DNA of 64,000 nt from Patescibacteria group bacterium. GTDB taxonomy: Bacteria > Patescibacteriota > Microgenomatia > UM-FILTER-40-11. A program made the position numbers and the translations under genes. The stretch spans positions 22,823 through 86,822 of the forward strand of contig DATKVM010000005.1 in NCBI GenBank assembly GCA_035530075.1. Direction: 5' to 3'. The number at the start of each line of letters is the position of its first letter. Position 1 is the stretch's first letter. Shown here one piece after another: positions 27,094 to 36,785 of this stretch. Under the pieces are notes generated by a model. The model was not told the origin of the DNA, did not search any database, and was given only the letters and a program-made list of their open reading frames with translations.

Positions 27094-28629
27094 TCATTGA
27101 TCTATCTCCTTTGGCCGATATTGTAAAGCTTCAGCTAAATGGGCGGGCGTAATCTCCTCCTCTCCGGCCAAATCGGCAATTGTCCGCGAGATTTTAATTA
27201 AACGGTAATATGACCGGGCGGAAAGCTGAAACTGGACCACGGCTTGACGTAACAAATTTAAACACGCCTGAGAAAGAGGGCAAAATTCTTTAGTGTCCCT
27301 AGTCGACATTTCGGTGTTGCAAGTAATTTTAGTCTGCCTAAACCTCCGGGTTTGAATATCGCGAGCCGCCTGAACTTCCTGCTTTATCTTTTTTGAGCTT
27401 TTCGCCGCCGGTTGGGAACCGTTGGTGATTAATTTCTCGACCTTCACGGCGGGGACATCAAGATGTAAGTCAATCCGATCTAAAATCGGGCCGGAGACCC
27501 GCTTGCGGTAGCGCTCAATTTGACCGGGTAGGCAGCGGCATTTCTTTTCATTACTGCCAAAAAAGCCGCAAGGGCAAGGGTTAGCGGCTGCCACCAAAAT
27601 AAATTTAGCGGGAAAAACTAAGGTGCCAGCCGCCCGAGAAACAGAAACAATACCGTCCTCTATTGGCTGGCGCAAGGCTTCCAAAACATGGCGGGGGAAC
27701 TCGGGAAATTCGTCCAAAAAGAGTATCCCCCGATGAGCCAAGGAAATTTCCCCTGGCCCAGGCCGACTGCCACCCCCAATCAAACCAATTCGGCTAACGG
27801 TATGATGAGGAGCGCGGAAAGGGCGAAATTTAATCAGCGATTCCCCCGCCGGCAGATTGCCGGTTATCGAATATATCTTAGTTACTTCTAAGGCTTCCCC
27901 CTCGGTCAAATCCGGTAAGATTCCCGGTAGAGCTCGAGCCAGCATTGTCTTGCCTGCTCCAGGAATCCCCCGTAAAAAAATATTATGCCCCCCAGCCGCC
28001 ACAATCGTCATCGCTCTTTTGGCCTGCTCTTGACCGGCGATATCGGCAAAATCAAATTCCACTTCCACTCGAACTTGAATTTGGGAAAACTTAAGCGTCG
28101 GCTGCGGCTGAATTTCTCCTAGCCCACAAAAATGTTTAAATAAATCCAAAAGAGAGGTGACCGGTAAAATAGTAATCCCTTCAACCACGGCCGCTTCTCG
28201 GGCATTGACCGCCGGGACAATAATTTGAGCAAAATCCTTTTCTTTGGCCAAAAGCGCCATCGCCAAAATTCCGTTAGTGTGGCGCAGAGAACCATCCAAA
28301 GAGAGCTCCCCTAAAATGAGTGTCTTGGTCAAATCTTTCTGCACCTGACCAGAGGCCAACAAAATTCCCACTGCCATGGGTAAATCAAAAGCCGGGCCCG
28401 CTTTAGGCAAATCAGCGGGAGAAAGGTTAACGGTTAAACGGCGGTCAGGAAAATCCAGACCAGAATTCTTAATCGCGCTTCTGACTCTTTCTCTGGCTTC
28501 TTCAATCGCTTTATCAGGCAAACCGACAATGGTAAAGGAGGGCAAGCCCGAAGCGGCAATATCGATTTCTACTTCGATGGGGACTGAATCCAAGCCAACG
28601 GTTGCTCCAGAAAAGATGCGCGCTATCAC
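27094..28629 (-). CDS. comM: YifB/ComM-family Mg-chelatase-like AAA+ ATPase
   Basis: N-terminal Lon-protease-like domain, then Walker A GIPGAGKT, then a C-terminal ChlI-like domain. Confidence 0.85.
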   Translation of the reverse strand: MIARIFSGATVGLDSVPIEVEIDIAASGLPSFTIVGLPDKAIEEARERVRSAIKNSGLDFPDRRLTVNLSPADLPKAGPAFDLPMAVGILLASGQVQKDLTKTLILGELSLDGSLRHTNGILAMALLAKEKDFAQIIVPAVNAREAAVVEGITILPVTSLLDLFKHFCGLGEIQPQPTLKFSQIQVRVEVEFDFADIAGQEQAKRAMTIVAAGGHNIFLRGIPGAGKTMLARALPGILPDLTEGEALEVTKIYSITGNLPAGESLIKFRPFRAPHHTVSRIGLIGGGSRPGPGEISLAHRGILFLDEFPEFPRHVLEALRQPIEDGIVSVSRAAGTLVFPAKFILVAAANPCPCGFFGSNEKKCRCLPGQIERYRKRVSGPILDRIDLHLDVPAVKVEKLITNGSQPAAKSSKKIKQEVQAARDIQTRRFRQTKITCNTEMSTRDTKEFCPLSQACLNLLRQAVVQFQLSARSYYRLIKISRTIADLAGEEEITPAHLAEALQYRPKEIDQ

Positions 28630-28669
28630 TAGTTAGATTATTCACAAAACTTTTTGCCTTTGCAAGAAA

Positions 28670-29473
28670 TCAAACTCGGAAGGAGAGGAAAAAAGCCAAA
28701 GCGCCAATGGCCAAACAGTAAAAACCAAAGAGATAAAACTTTTCCGACTTAAGGGATTTTTGCAATAAAAGCAAGGCAAAATAGCCCACCACTCCGGCCA
28801 TCAGCATCGACAGAATCGGGAGAGGGGAGAAAGCTTGAGCGAAACCATCTTCCTTAATTTCCAATATCGTTGCCCCTAAAATAGCAGGAATGGCGAGCAA
28901 AAAAGATAATTTAAAAGCTGTTTGTTGGGAAAAATCTCTGATTAAAACGGCGCTAATAGTTGAGCCCGATCGGGAAATGCCCGGGAGTAAGGCCATCGCT
29001 TGAAAAATTCCCACAAACAAAGAATCTCTCCAAGTTATTTTTTTCGGGCGGTCTTTAATTTTCAGTTTGGAGGTCAAAAGGAGCAAAGCGCCAAAAAGGG
29101 CCCAGGCCACTCCTACTAGCCATAAGGAATCAAAAGTCGCCTTGAGTTTAGCGTTGAAAATAAGTCCAGCAAAGGCGGCCGGAATCGAGCCCAGAATAAT
29201 AAAAGACCAAGCGTTAATCTGCTTTTCCCAATTAAAGACTAGGTCCCAAATTTCTTTCCGGAAAAAAATAACAATTGAGCCAAGGGTCCCTAAGTGCAGC
29301 AAAACATCGAAAAAAACCGGCGGCCCCGCGATGGCCAAAGCTTTCTGAAAAAACACTAAATGGCCAGAGGAGGAAATCGGTAAAAACTCGGTTAGGCCTT
29401 GAACCGAAGCTAAAAAAATGGCCTCAAAGAAAGTCATCAAATTGATTTTACGCTCGAGATCTGCTATAATCAA
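28670..29473 (-). CDS. uppP: undecaprenyl-diphosphate phosphatase
   Basis: FLASVQGLTEFLPISSSGHL, the BacA/UppP signature, and a multi-TM architecture. Confidence 0.85.
   Translation of the reverse strand: MIIADLERKINLMTFFEAIFLASVQGLTEFLPISSSGHLVFFQKALAIAGPPVFFDVLLHLGTLGSIVIFFRKEIWDLVFNWEKQINAWSFIILGSIPAAFAGLIFNAKLKATFDSLWLVGVAWALFGALLLLTSKLKIKDRPKKITWRDSLFVGIFQAMALLPGISRSGSTISAVLIRDFSQQTAFKLSFLLAIPAILGATILEIKEDGFAQAFSPLPILSMLMAGVVGYFALLLLQKSLKSEKFYLFGFYCLAIGALAFFLSFRV
29462..29470 (+). promoter_or_regulatory. extended -10 TGCTATAAT for rnpB
   Basis: Exact nonamer ~15 nt upstream of the proposed RNase P RNA 5' end. Confidence 0.4.
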
Positions 29474-29484
29474 GCCGTCAAGAG

Positions 29485-29781
29485 CCGGGAAATAGCCCCG
29501 CCTATGGCGGGGAGGAAAGTCCAGACAGCAGAAAGCAGGGTGATCAGTGAAAACTGATAGGATGTACCATCTGGTGCGTCCCTAGTTAGAGCAACAGTGA
29601 CGATGCGGGTGGCGCCGCGTGAAACGACCAAGCGACTGGGTTCCCGATGTTACATCGGGAGGCAATCCTCCCCGCTGCAATCTTCGATTAACTCGTTTGA
29701 GGATGCTTTCCCGAGAGTTGAAGTTAAGAGCACGCGCCCTTCCGTAGCTTTGTGCGAAGGAGGGTCTAGAGAGATTATTTC
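29485..29781 (+). ncRNA. rnpB: RNase P RNA (bacterial type, reduced)
   Basis: GGAGGAAAGUCCAGACAGCAGAAAGCAGGGUG parallels E. coli M1 GGAGGAAAGUCCGGGCUCCAUAGGGCAGGGUG (P4 5' strand and J-region). GUUAAGAGCACGCGCC parallels GUAAGAGCGCACC. Terminal GGAAAUA...UAUUUCC can form P1. The overlapping 99 aa ORF is judged spurious. Confidence 0.6.
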
Positions 29782-29818
29782 CTTAAAACAGAATCTGGCT
29801 TACGAGCTTTTGACAATT

Positions 29819-30805
29819 TTAAGCTCGATTAAACCTTTTGGAGTGAGAAATTTCCGCCGTAATTTCTTCCAGAGCAATAAAAATCGGCACCGCTAAAATC
29901 GCTCCCCCGACCCCCGCCAACTTAAAACCAATGGCCAGGGAAATAATCGTAATTAAAGGGTTTATCCCCACCACTTGTTTCATTACCCGAGGAACTAAGA
30001 TGGTATTTTCAATTTGCTGAACTAAAAAACCGAGGGCAGCGGCGGCTACGGCATGAAAGGGAGAAATCGTCAACCCAATTATTACCGCCGGAAAAGTTGA
30101 TAAAATTGGTCCCACATTAGGAATAATTTCCAGCAAAAAAGCCAGAATTGCCAGCGGCAGGGCATAAGGCAGGCCAATTAAGCGAAAGCCGATGTAAGTT
30201 AAAATTCCGACGAAAGTCATTAAAACAATTTCGCCTCTCACCCAACCGCCCAAACGCACCTCAATTTTGTCAATTACTTTTTGCACTTTGGATTCATTTC
30301 CCTCGCCAAAAAGAAGCTTCAAGTAATAGTCGAGATTTTGCCTTTCCATTAAAAGGTAAAAAGTAATGACTCCCAAAGCCAAAACGCCGACTAAGTTAGA
30401 AAAAAGGCTGAAAATAAATTTAATTAAATTGGCGGGAATGGTGGAAAATTGAGTCAATTGAGTGGCAATCATCTTCTCATCAATGCCCAAGAACTGGAAT
30501 TGCCGAAAGAAATTGGGCAATTGGTTAATTAAGCTAGAAGTCTGTTCCACTAGCGGCGGCACTATTCCCCCAACCCCAAAAGCTAAAATAGCTAAAATCG
30601 CAAAATAAGTCAGGAGTATCGCTAACCAGCGAGGAAATCTAAGCTGCTCTAGCCTTTTGACTGAAGGGTTGAGGGCTGACATTAAGATTAAGGCAATAAA
30701 GAGGGCTAAGATAATCGAACGAATTTGGAAAAGCAGCCAAATAAAGGCAACAAAAATGGTGGTAAAGACAATTGTCCGGTAAGAAATCTCTATCTTCCGA
30801 GGCAT
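29819..30805 (-). CDS. AI-2E family transporter (PerM/YhhT-like)
   Basis: Eight-TM architecture and conserved C-terminal segment. Confidence 0.7.
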   Translation of the reverse strand: MPRKIEISYRTIVFTTIFVAFIWLLFQIRSIILALFIALILMSALNPSVKRLEQLRFPRWLAILLTYFAILAILAFGVGGIVPPLVEQTSSLINQLPNFFRQFQFLGIDEKMIATQLTQFSTIPANLIKFIFSLFSNLVGVLALGVITFYLLMERQNLDYYLKLLFGEGNESKVQKVIDKIEVRLGGWVRGEIVLMTFVGILTYIGFRLIGLPYALPLAILAFLLEIIPNVGPILSTFPAVIIGLTISPFHAVAAAALGFLVQQIENTILVPRVMKQVVGINPLITIISLAIGFKLAGVGGAILAVPIFIALEEITAEISHSKRFNRA

Positions 30806-30808
30806 AAT

Positions 30809-31729
30809 TTAAATATACCAAGCTTTAACTAACATTTCCACTTTTTCTTGCCACCCTTCTTCGTCAACATCAAACCATTTGCCCTGAACCTGTCGAAGGG
30901 TTTTTCTAAACCAGGTCATTTGCCGCCGAGCATAATTATGCTCATCATACTTCCAGCGCTGAATTACTTCATCTCTTGCGGCCTTCCCCTCAAAATAATC
31001 TCGCCATTCCCGATAGCCAATGGTGCTCCCCAAAACGGAATTATCCCAATCGTAACCTTCACCCAAAAGTTTTTTAATTTCTTCCTCCGCCCCCATTCTC
31101 ACTCTCTCCTCCGCTCGCTCATCTATTCTTCGATAAAGAACCTGAAGCGGCGCCGTCAGTCCAATTAATAGTTTGTCTAAATTTTTGAATTTTGAACTAT
31201 CACTTTTAACTTTTAACTTTGAATTTTGAACTCGAGTGGCAATCTCGATTGCGCGTATTAGCCTTCGGGGATTTTTTCTGTCAGACTCATTCATCCTTCG
31301 ACTTCGCTTAGGGTCAAGCTTTTCTAATGTTTTAAACAATAAATCAACGGAACAATGAAACAATCGTTCTCTTAGTTCCCAATTCGGCTCAATCCCCATT
31401 GTCCCAATTCCCTCCAAAGCCGCCTGCACATAAAAACCGGTTCCCCCGACTAAGATAGGAAGTTTCCCTCTTTTCCAAATATCCTGAATTGCCCCCCAAG
31501 CCAAACGATAAAAATCCGCGACGCTAAATTTTTGGTTCGGCTCCACCACATCATAAAGCCAAATTTTCACCCTTTCGGCCGTTTCTTTCCCGGTAATAAT
31601 ATCCATTCCTTTGTACACTTGCCTGGAATCCGCGGAAACAATCTCAGCGTTAAACTCTTTGGCCAGTTTAACCGCCAAGGAAGTTTTCCCGGTCGCTGTT
31701 GGCCCGGCAATAGTTAATATTTTATTCAT
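30809..31729 (-). CDS. miaA: tRNA dimethylallyltransferase
   Basis: P-loop IAGPTATGKTSLAV and SADSRQVYKGMDIITGK. Confidence 0.85.
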   Translation of the reverse strand: MNKILTIAGPTATGKTSLAVKLAKEFNAEIVSADSRQVYKGMDIITGKETAERVKIWLYDVVEPNQKFSVADFYRLAWGAIQDIWKRGKLPILVGGTGFYVQAALEGIGTMGIEPNWELRERLFHCSVDLLFKTLEKLDPKRSRRMNESDRKNPRRLIRAIEIATRVQNSKLKVKSDSSKFKNLDKLLIGLTAPLQVLYRRIDERAEERVRMGAEEEIKKLLGEGYDWDNSVLGSTIGYREWRDYFEGKAARDEVIQRWKYDEHNYARRQMTWFRKTLRQVQGKWFDVDEEGWQEKVEMLVKAWYI

Positions 31730-31732
31730 CGG

Positions 31733-32734
31733 TCACTTTTTGTTTATTAAATTTTCCAAAACTTGCCAGCGTCTTTTCTTTTCTTTATAAAGAACATTAT
31801 CCTCCATTTTGAAAGCAGCTGTTTGCTCCCGAGGGGAATACATCGCAATGTAAGCTTTGACAAAACCCACCCTTTTTGCTAGTTCCACGGTATGCTGAAA
31901 TTGTTCTTCGGTTTCGCCGGGAAAGCCGACAATAATATCCGTGCCGATTTTAATCTCAGGAATGGCTTTTCTAATTTTTTTAACTAAAGCCAGATACTCT
32001 TTGGCCGTGTAATGACGATTCATTTTTCTAAGAATTTCGTCGTCGCCTGACTGAACGGGTAGATGCAAATAGCGGTCAATTTTAGGTAAACTCATTGCTT
32101 TGATAATTTCGTCATTTAAATCCCAAGGATTGGAAGTAATAAAAGAAATTTTTTCTATCCCGGGAACCTCGTGTAAAGCCGTAAGCAGCTTCGCAAAAGA
32201 AGGTTCAAAACTATTGACGTTCTGCCCCAGGAGAGTAATCTCCTTATATCCCCGCTTAGCCAATTCCTCCACTTCACAAACAATCTCCTCAAATGGCCGG
32301 GAAACTTCTCGTCCCCGAGCATAAGGGACAACACAATAAGTGCAAAAATTATTACAGCCGTTGGAAATCGGCACCCAGGCATGGGTTTTTGACTCTCGGA
32401 TTTTTAGTCCCGCCGTAAAATCCTCTACCCGCTTAAACTCATCCACCGCCGGTAGTTTTTTCCAGAGCCATGGCCGGGGATACCTTAACATACACCCGGT
32501 CAAAATTATTTTTAGTTTTGGGTTTTTAGTTTTTAGTTTGGCCAAATTGTTGACCAATCCAAATACTCGGTTATCGGCCGATTGCCTAACGGAACAAGTA
32601 ACAATAACTACTTCATCCGCTTCTTCAATTGCTCTCGCTTTCCCCCACCCATTCGCCTCATACCACCCCGCTATCCTCTCGCTATCCGCCAGGTTCATCT
32701 GACAACCAAAAGTCCGAATGAAATATTTTTTCAT
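31733..32734 (-). CDS. miaB: MiaB-like radical-SAM methylthiotransferase with no TRAM domain
   Basis: N-terminal MTTase TFGCQMN, radical-SAM CNNFCTYC. 333 aa with no C-terminal TRAM. Adjacent to miaA. Confidence 0.6.
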   Translation of the reverse strand: MKKYFIRTFGCQMNLADSERIAGWYEANGWGKARAIEEADEVVIVTCSVRQSADNRVFGLVNNLAKLKTKNPKLKIILTGCMLRYPRPWLWKKLPAVDEFKRVEDFTAGLKIRESKTHAWVPISNGCNNFCTYCVVPYARGREVSRPFEEIVCEVEELAKRGYKEITLLGQNVNSFEPSFAKLLTALHEVPGIEKISFITSNPWDLNDEIIKAMSLPKIDRYLHLPVQSGDDEILRKMNRHYTAKEYLALVKKIRKAIPEIKIGTDIIVGFPGETEEQFQHTVELAKRVGFVKAYIAMYSPREQTAAFKMEDNVLYKEKKRRWQVLENLINKK

Positions 32735-32764
32735 TTATTTAAAAACCAAACCCTTCAACCGAAG

Positions 32765-33412
32765 TTACTTTTCCTGAAACCCCTTTAGAATCAGGGTTTT
32801 GGAAAGCGGAGGAGTTTCGGCGGCGACCACAGTTACTGGCTGGTTGCTTCCGGCTTCGACCAGCAAGCGATTTTTTAATTCCGCCCCGGCATTGGCCACC
32901 AAATTCAAGACATATTCCACTCCCGAATCAACTTTGAGAAAATACTCACCAGCTGTCTTTCTTATTAGTCCCGAATAGGGATGGGTAGTATCAGCCGTTT
33001 TCAGCTGACCTTTTTGGCATTGGTCTTGATAAAATTGCCACTCTTCACACTCCGTTCCGTCGTCGAATTGGCAAATTCCTAAAGTCCCAGCTGTTTCTTC
33101 GACCGTTTTAAGTTTCCCCCCCTTATTTAAACAATTTTGGGCGGCGGGATTAGCCAGAGTCGATTTCTCACCGGAAGCTCTTTCTCCCTCTTTTTGGCAG
33201 GGGTAACTGGGCATTGGCGCCGATGGCTTGCCATGCTTGACCCATTCTCCATTTTTACAAATCCAAGTGTCTTCCGGAAACCAAAGCCGAGTCAACCCCC
33301 AAAAAAGTAAGACCAGAACGGGGAGCGATAAAAGAAAGATTATGACTTTTTTCATACCCCTATGATAACACAAGACCTCAACTGGAGGCCGAAGCATAGT
33401 GACCCAAGGCAT
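32765..33412 (-). CDS. secreted DUF333-family (putative hemolysin-like) protein
   Basis: Signal/TM N-terminus. NPAAQNCLNKGGKL...GICQFDDGTECEEWQFYQDQC matches DUF333 repeats. Confidence 0.45.
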   Translation of the reverse strand: MPWVTMLRPPVEVLCYHRGMKKVIIFLLSLPVLVLLFWGLTRLWFPEDTWICKNGEWVKHGKPSAPMPSYPCQKEGERASGEKSTLANPAAQNCLNKGGKLKTVEETAGTLGICQFDDGTECEEWQFYQDQCQKGQLKTADTTHPYSGLIRKTAGEYFLKVDSGVEYVLNLVANAGAELKNRLLVEAGSNQPVTVVAAETPPLSKTLILKGFQEK

Positions 33413-34163
33413 ATCGCCAAAATTTAAAGGCGCCAGTCAGAGCCAAAAAAGCTATAACCAAAGACAAGACCAACCAAGGCCAAGAAAGCAAACCCAGCAA
33501 GGCCTTGGCAGGAACGGTAATTAAGACCACCACCGGTATTGTAAAAGTAAGAATTCCCCGCACTAATCGGGGGTAAATGTCGGTTGAGAAACGAGCCATA
33601 CTGGTCAAATCCCGATAAACCCAAATTAAATGATCAATTTCGGTCGTCAGAATACAAACCGCGCAAATAAAAAGATGAAAAGCAAAGGAAAGAAAAAGGC
33701 TATTAATTATTAAGACAGAAAAAAGCGCTAAGTTTGAAAAGTTAAAAAGATTATTAATTCCTAAAAACCAAAGAAAATAAAACCAAAGAGGAACTAAGGT
33801 AATTAAGTCTAAGATATCAGTCCAACCGAAAATCGGCCGAAAAAATGAAGGTAGGGGCTTAAGCAAATCGAGGTCATAATCGCCGGAAACAATTAGCGGC
33901 CGGAAGTGATAAACTCCCCGGAATAAAAACTGCGTCAGAATATCAATTAAATTGAAAACCAAAAAGAAAATAATAATGGCTTCTTTTCCATATTCCCCTA
34001 AACTTCCTGATGTGGAAAGAATTTTAAAAAGAAAAACAAAAAAGAGAAGAAAACGAATAATCTTCCCCAAAAGGAAAAGCAAGGCCGACCAAGGATTTAT
34101 CAGCTGCGATTGAGCTGCCCTTGAGCTAATCATTAACCAAATTTTTAAAAGCCTCATCATCCC
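33378..34163 (-). CDS. ABC-2 family transporter permease (type B, paralog of 35976..36785)
   Basis: Six-TM permease. Start set at the ATG overlapping the upstream stop (ATGATGA); the track's longer N-terminus is rejected. Confidence 0.5.
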   Translation of the reverse strand, partial: GMMRLLKIWLMISSRAAQSQLINPWSALLFLLGKIIRFLLFFVFLFKILSTSGSLGEYGKEAIIIFFLVFNLIDILTQFLFRGVYHFRPLIVSGDYDLDLLKPLPSFFRPIFGWTDILDLITLVPLWFYFLWFLGINNLFNFSNLALFSVLIINSLFLSFAFHLFICAVCILTTEIDHLIWVYRDLTSMARFSTDIYPRLVRGILTFTIPVVVLITVPAKALLGLLSWPWLVLSLVIAFLALTGAFKFWRYALGHYASASS

Positions 34164-34954
34164 CCAAAAGCACCGTATTTTCTCGTCCCTTTTTGCCAGA
34201 GGGACATACTTAAATAGTAAAATGCCGCTCCCCAAATAAAAGTAACTAAAATCGAGCTTAAAGCCACCCTGACGGAAACTTGCCCTAGCCAAATTTTCAG
34301 GGGAGAAAAAATAAGATAAGGGAAAGGGGTTAAGTAAAAAAGTTTCGCCACTGATGATGGTAAAATATCAATCGGGAAAATCACTCCCGAAAAAAAATCC
34401 AATAATACTACTCCCAAAAGCCAACGAGTAGCCCATATTTCTTCGGTCCAAAATGCCGTGAGGGAAATCGCTAAGCTCAGGAAAAAGTAAAGAAAAAAGG
34501 AAATTATCAGCTGGAGAATGAACAATCCCCACTCTAAAAAAGTTTGGGGAAAATAAAAAGAAAAATTTAAAAGCATTATCAACACTCCAATTTCCAAAAC
34601 CGCAAAAAGCAAATTTAGGGCTTTGTCGGCCATATCACGGGCCAGGAGAAATTTGAAAAGACCAATCGGTCTTAACAAATATTTGGAGAGCTCTCCGCTT
34701 CTTAACTGAGGGGCTAAGTCGGCTGTCCTCGAGGCTAAAATTAGACCGTCGAGAAAAACTACGCCGAGAAGATAAGTAAACATTTGGGCTCTTTCATAGC
34801 CAAAGAGAGTTTTTTGATTGCCATAAACAGCCAACCAAAAAAAGAGCAAAGTCAAAGTAAAGACTAAACTCCTAAACCGCCAGAGAAAAAAGTTTAGCCG
34901 ATAAGCTAAATATTCCTGAAGAGTTAGTTTAAAGATTTGCCGGTATTTTCTCAC
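34157..34954 (-). CDS. ABC-2 family transporter permease (type A, paralog of 36766..37611)
   Basis: Six-TM permease. Shares LLRPIGLFK / LLKPTSYLK and C-terminal R(K/R)Y motifs with the 36766 gene. Confidence 0.5.
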   Translation of the reverse strand: MRKYRQIFKLTLQEYLAYRLNFFLWRFRSLVFTLTLLFFWLAVYGNQKTLFGYERAQMFTYLLGVVFLDGLILASRTADLAPQLRSGELSKYLLRPIGLFKFLLARDMADKALNLLFAVLEIGVLIMLLNFSFYFPQTFLEWGLFILQLIISFFLYFFLSLAISLTAFWTEEIWATRWLLGVVLLDFFSGVIFPIDILPSSVAKLFYLTPFPYLIFSPLKIWLGQVSVRVALSSILVTFIWGAAFYYLSMSLWQKGTRKYGAFGG

Positions 34955-35937
34955 GCCACATCTTTACCGGTAAACACTTCTCTAATAATCTCTTCAATCG
35001 GCACCTCTTCAATATTTAAATCCGCTACCGGGAAATGCTGCAAAAGCTCCGCCGCTGCCAAAGATGCGGCCTCTCTTTTAACGGAAAAAACCACTCTCGG
35101 AAAGGCATATTCTTTAACCTTTCCCACTTTCTCTAACTTTTTAGCGTCTATTTCGTGAGATAAAACCGCGGAGATAATTTTATGGTCAGCATACTTATGA
35201 GTAATTTCTGAAAGCTGGCCGTCAAAGATGAGTTTACCTTTATCAATAATTATTACTCGCCGACAAAGCTCTTTAACATCATCCATATAATGGGAAGTCA
35301 AAATAATGGTGGCTTTTTTAAGCCGGTTATATTCTCTAACAAAGTCGCGCATTTTCTTTTGGGATACCACATCCAAACCAATCGTCGGCTCATCTAAGAA
35401 TAAAACTTTCGGACTATGAAGCAAGGCCGCAATCAATTCGCACTTCATTCGCTGACCCAAAGAAAGCTTCCTTACCTGGACCTTCAGGATATCTTCCACT
35501 TCCAACATTTGCACTAACTCCTCTAGAGTTCCTTCATATTGCTTCTTGGGAATTTCGTAAATTTCCCGATTGAGATTAAAAGTTTCCAGGGCCGGTAAAT
35601 CCCACCAAAGCTGATTTTTTTGCCCCATCACCAGAGAAATTTGTTTTAAAAACTCGTTTTTCCGGTCCCAAGGGGTAAATCCCAAAACCGAAACATAACC
35701 ATCGGTTGGGTAAAGCAAGCCGGAGAGACATTTAAGAGTGGTGGTTTTGCCCGCCCCGTTAGGGCCAATAAACCCCACCAACTCCCCTTCGTCAATATTA
35801 AAAGAAATATTATCCACCGCTTTGACCTTCTCGTAGCGGCGATTAAATAAAGATTTAACCGATCCCGCTAGCCCCGGCTCTTTCCGGTGAACTTCATAAT
35901 ACTTCTTTAAATTAGAAACAATAATCGTCGACGCCAT
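34951..35937 (-). CDS. ABC transporter ATP-binding protein
   Basis: Walker A GPNGAGKTT, signature LSLGQRMK, Walker B LFLDEPT. Confidence 0.85.
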   Translation of the reverse strand: MASTIIVSNLKKYYEVHRKEPGLAGSVKSLFNRRYEKVKAVDNISFNIDEGELVGFIGPNGAGKTTTLKCLSGLLYPTDGYVSVLGFTPWDRKNEFLKQISLVMGQKNQLWWDLPALETFNLNREIYEIPKKQYEGTLEELVQMLEVEDILKVQVRKLSLGQRMKCELIAALLHSPKVLFLDEPTIGLDVVSQKKMRDFVREYNRLKKATIILTSHYMDDVKELCRRVIIIDKGKLIFDGQLSEITHKYADHKIISAVLSHEIDAKKLEKVGKVKEYAFPRVVFSVKREAASLAAAELLQHFPVADLNIEEVPIEEIIREVFTGKDVA

Positions 35938-35975
35938 CTTTACTTAGAATAACAATTAGTCCTTAAATAGGCAAA

Positions 35976-36785
35976 TTAACTCGAGGCAGATTGATATTTT
36001 TTTAAACCTGCCCGCCAGATAAGGGTAGAAATTAAGTAAAACCAAGCCACCATAACTACCCCCAATAAAGCATAATAGCTAGGGAGCTTATTGAGCAATA
36101 TTGCCGTTGGAACATAGGCAAAAAATAATATCGGCAGGAAAAACAGAAGGAAGAACCGGAAAAGATTACTATAAATATCGGCCGGATAGCGGTCAAAATC
36201 CGTCGCTTCCAGCAACCAATCAACGAAAGTCTCGGCATTAACGAAAAAAAGGCTCAGGCTGGAAAGAGAAAAGTAAATAAAATAAACCAAAAGCCAACCG
36301 CAAAAAAGAGAAACCAGGAAAGACAAAAATTGCGTTATGCTGGTTTCGATGGTTAAATGGGATAAAGAAACCGAAAGAACGACAATGGTGTTAACTAGAC
36401 TGCCGATTGAAGTAAAATCAAGCGAGCTGAAAGAAACTAAAAAGCGGTGGTTGGCGGGCCGAATTAAGACTCGGTCAAAAGTGCCTTGGCGAACATCTTG
36501 AACAAACTTCTCCAAATTGTCAGCAAAAATCATCCAAGTTCCTAAAAAAATTAACTCGTGAATGCCTAAAAGAAGCATTATTTCCCAAAAGCTCCAGCCG
36601 CCGATTTCTTTTGTTCCCCTAAAAATAACAGAGATAAAAATAATCGTCGTCGCCATCCAGACAATTGGGGTTATTCCCAAAAGCAAACTATTAGCTCGGT
36701 AAATAACCACTTCCATAACACTCAACTTTATAAAATGAGTGTAAAGCTTCAAGTATCGCCAAAATTTACTGACCAACGGCTTCAT
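35976..36785 (-). CDS. ABC-2 family transporter permease (type B)
   Basis: Six-TM permease, homologous to 33378..34163 (FDRYPADIYS / FSTDIYPRL, ...YQSASS / ...YASASS). Confidence 0.5.
   Translation of the reverse strand: MKPLVSKFWRYLKLYTHFIKLSVMEVVIYRANSLLLGITPIVWMATTIIFISVIFRGTKEIGGWSFWEIMLLLGIHELIFLGTWMIFADNLEKFVQDVRQGTFDRVLIRPANHRFLVSFSSLDFTSIGSLVNTIVVLSVSLSHLTIETSITQFLSFLVSLFCGWLLVYFIYFSLSSLSLFFVNAETFVDWLLEATDFDRYPADIYSNLFRFFLLFFLPILFFAYVPTAILLNKLPSYYALLGVVMVAWFYLISTLIWRAGLKKYQSASS

Noticed and set aside
29597-29896. 99 aa ORF in the uppP-to-transporter intergenic region
   Set aside because: It overlaps sequence that matches conserved RNase P RNA regions. It has no RBS and its composition is odd. 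Treated as a spurious ORF over rnpB.
33378-34292. Long N-terminal extension (304 aa) of the last ABC-2 permease, overlapping the upstream gene by 135 nt
   Set aside because: An internal ATG at 34163 overlaps the upstream stop in an ATGATGA coupling arrangement and removes the overlap. The shorter 262 aa form was adopted.
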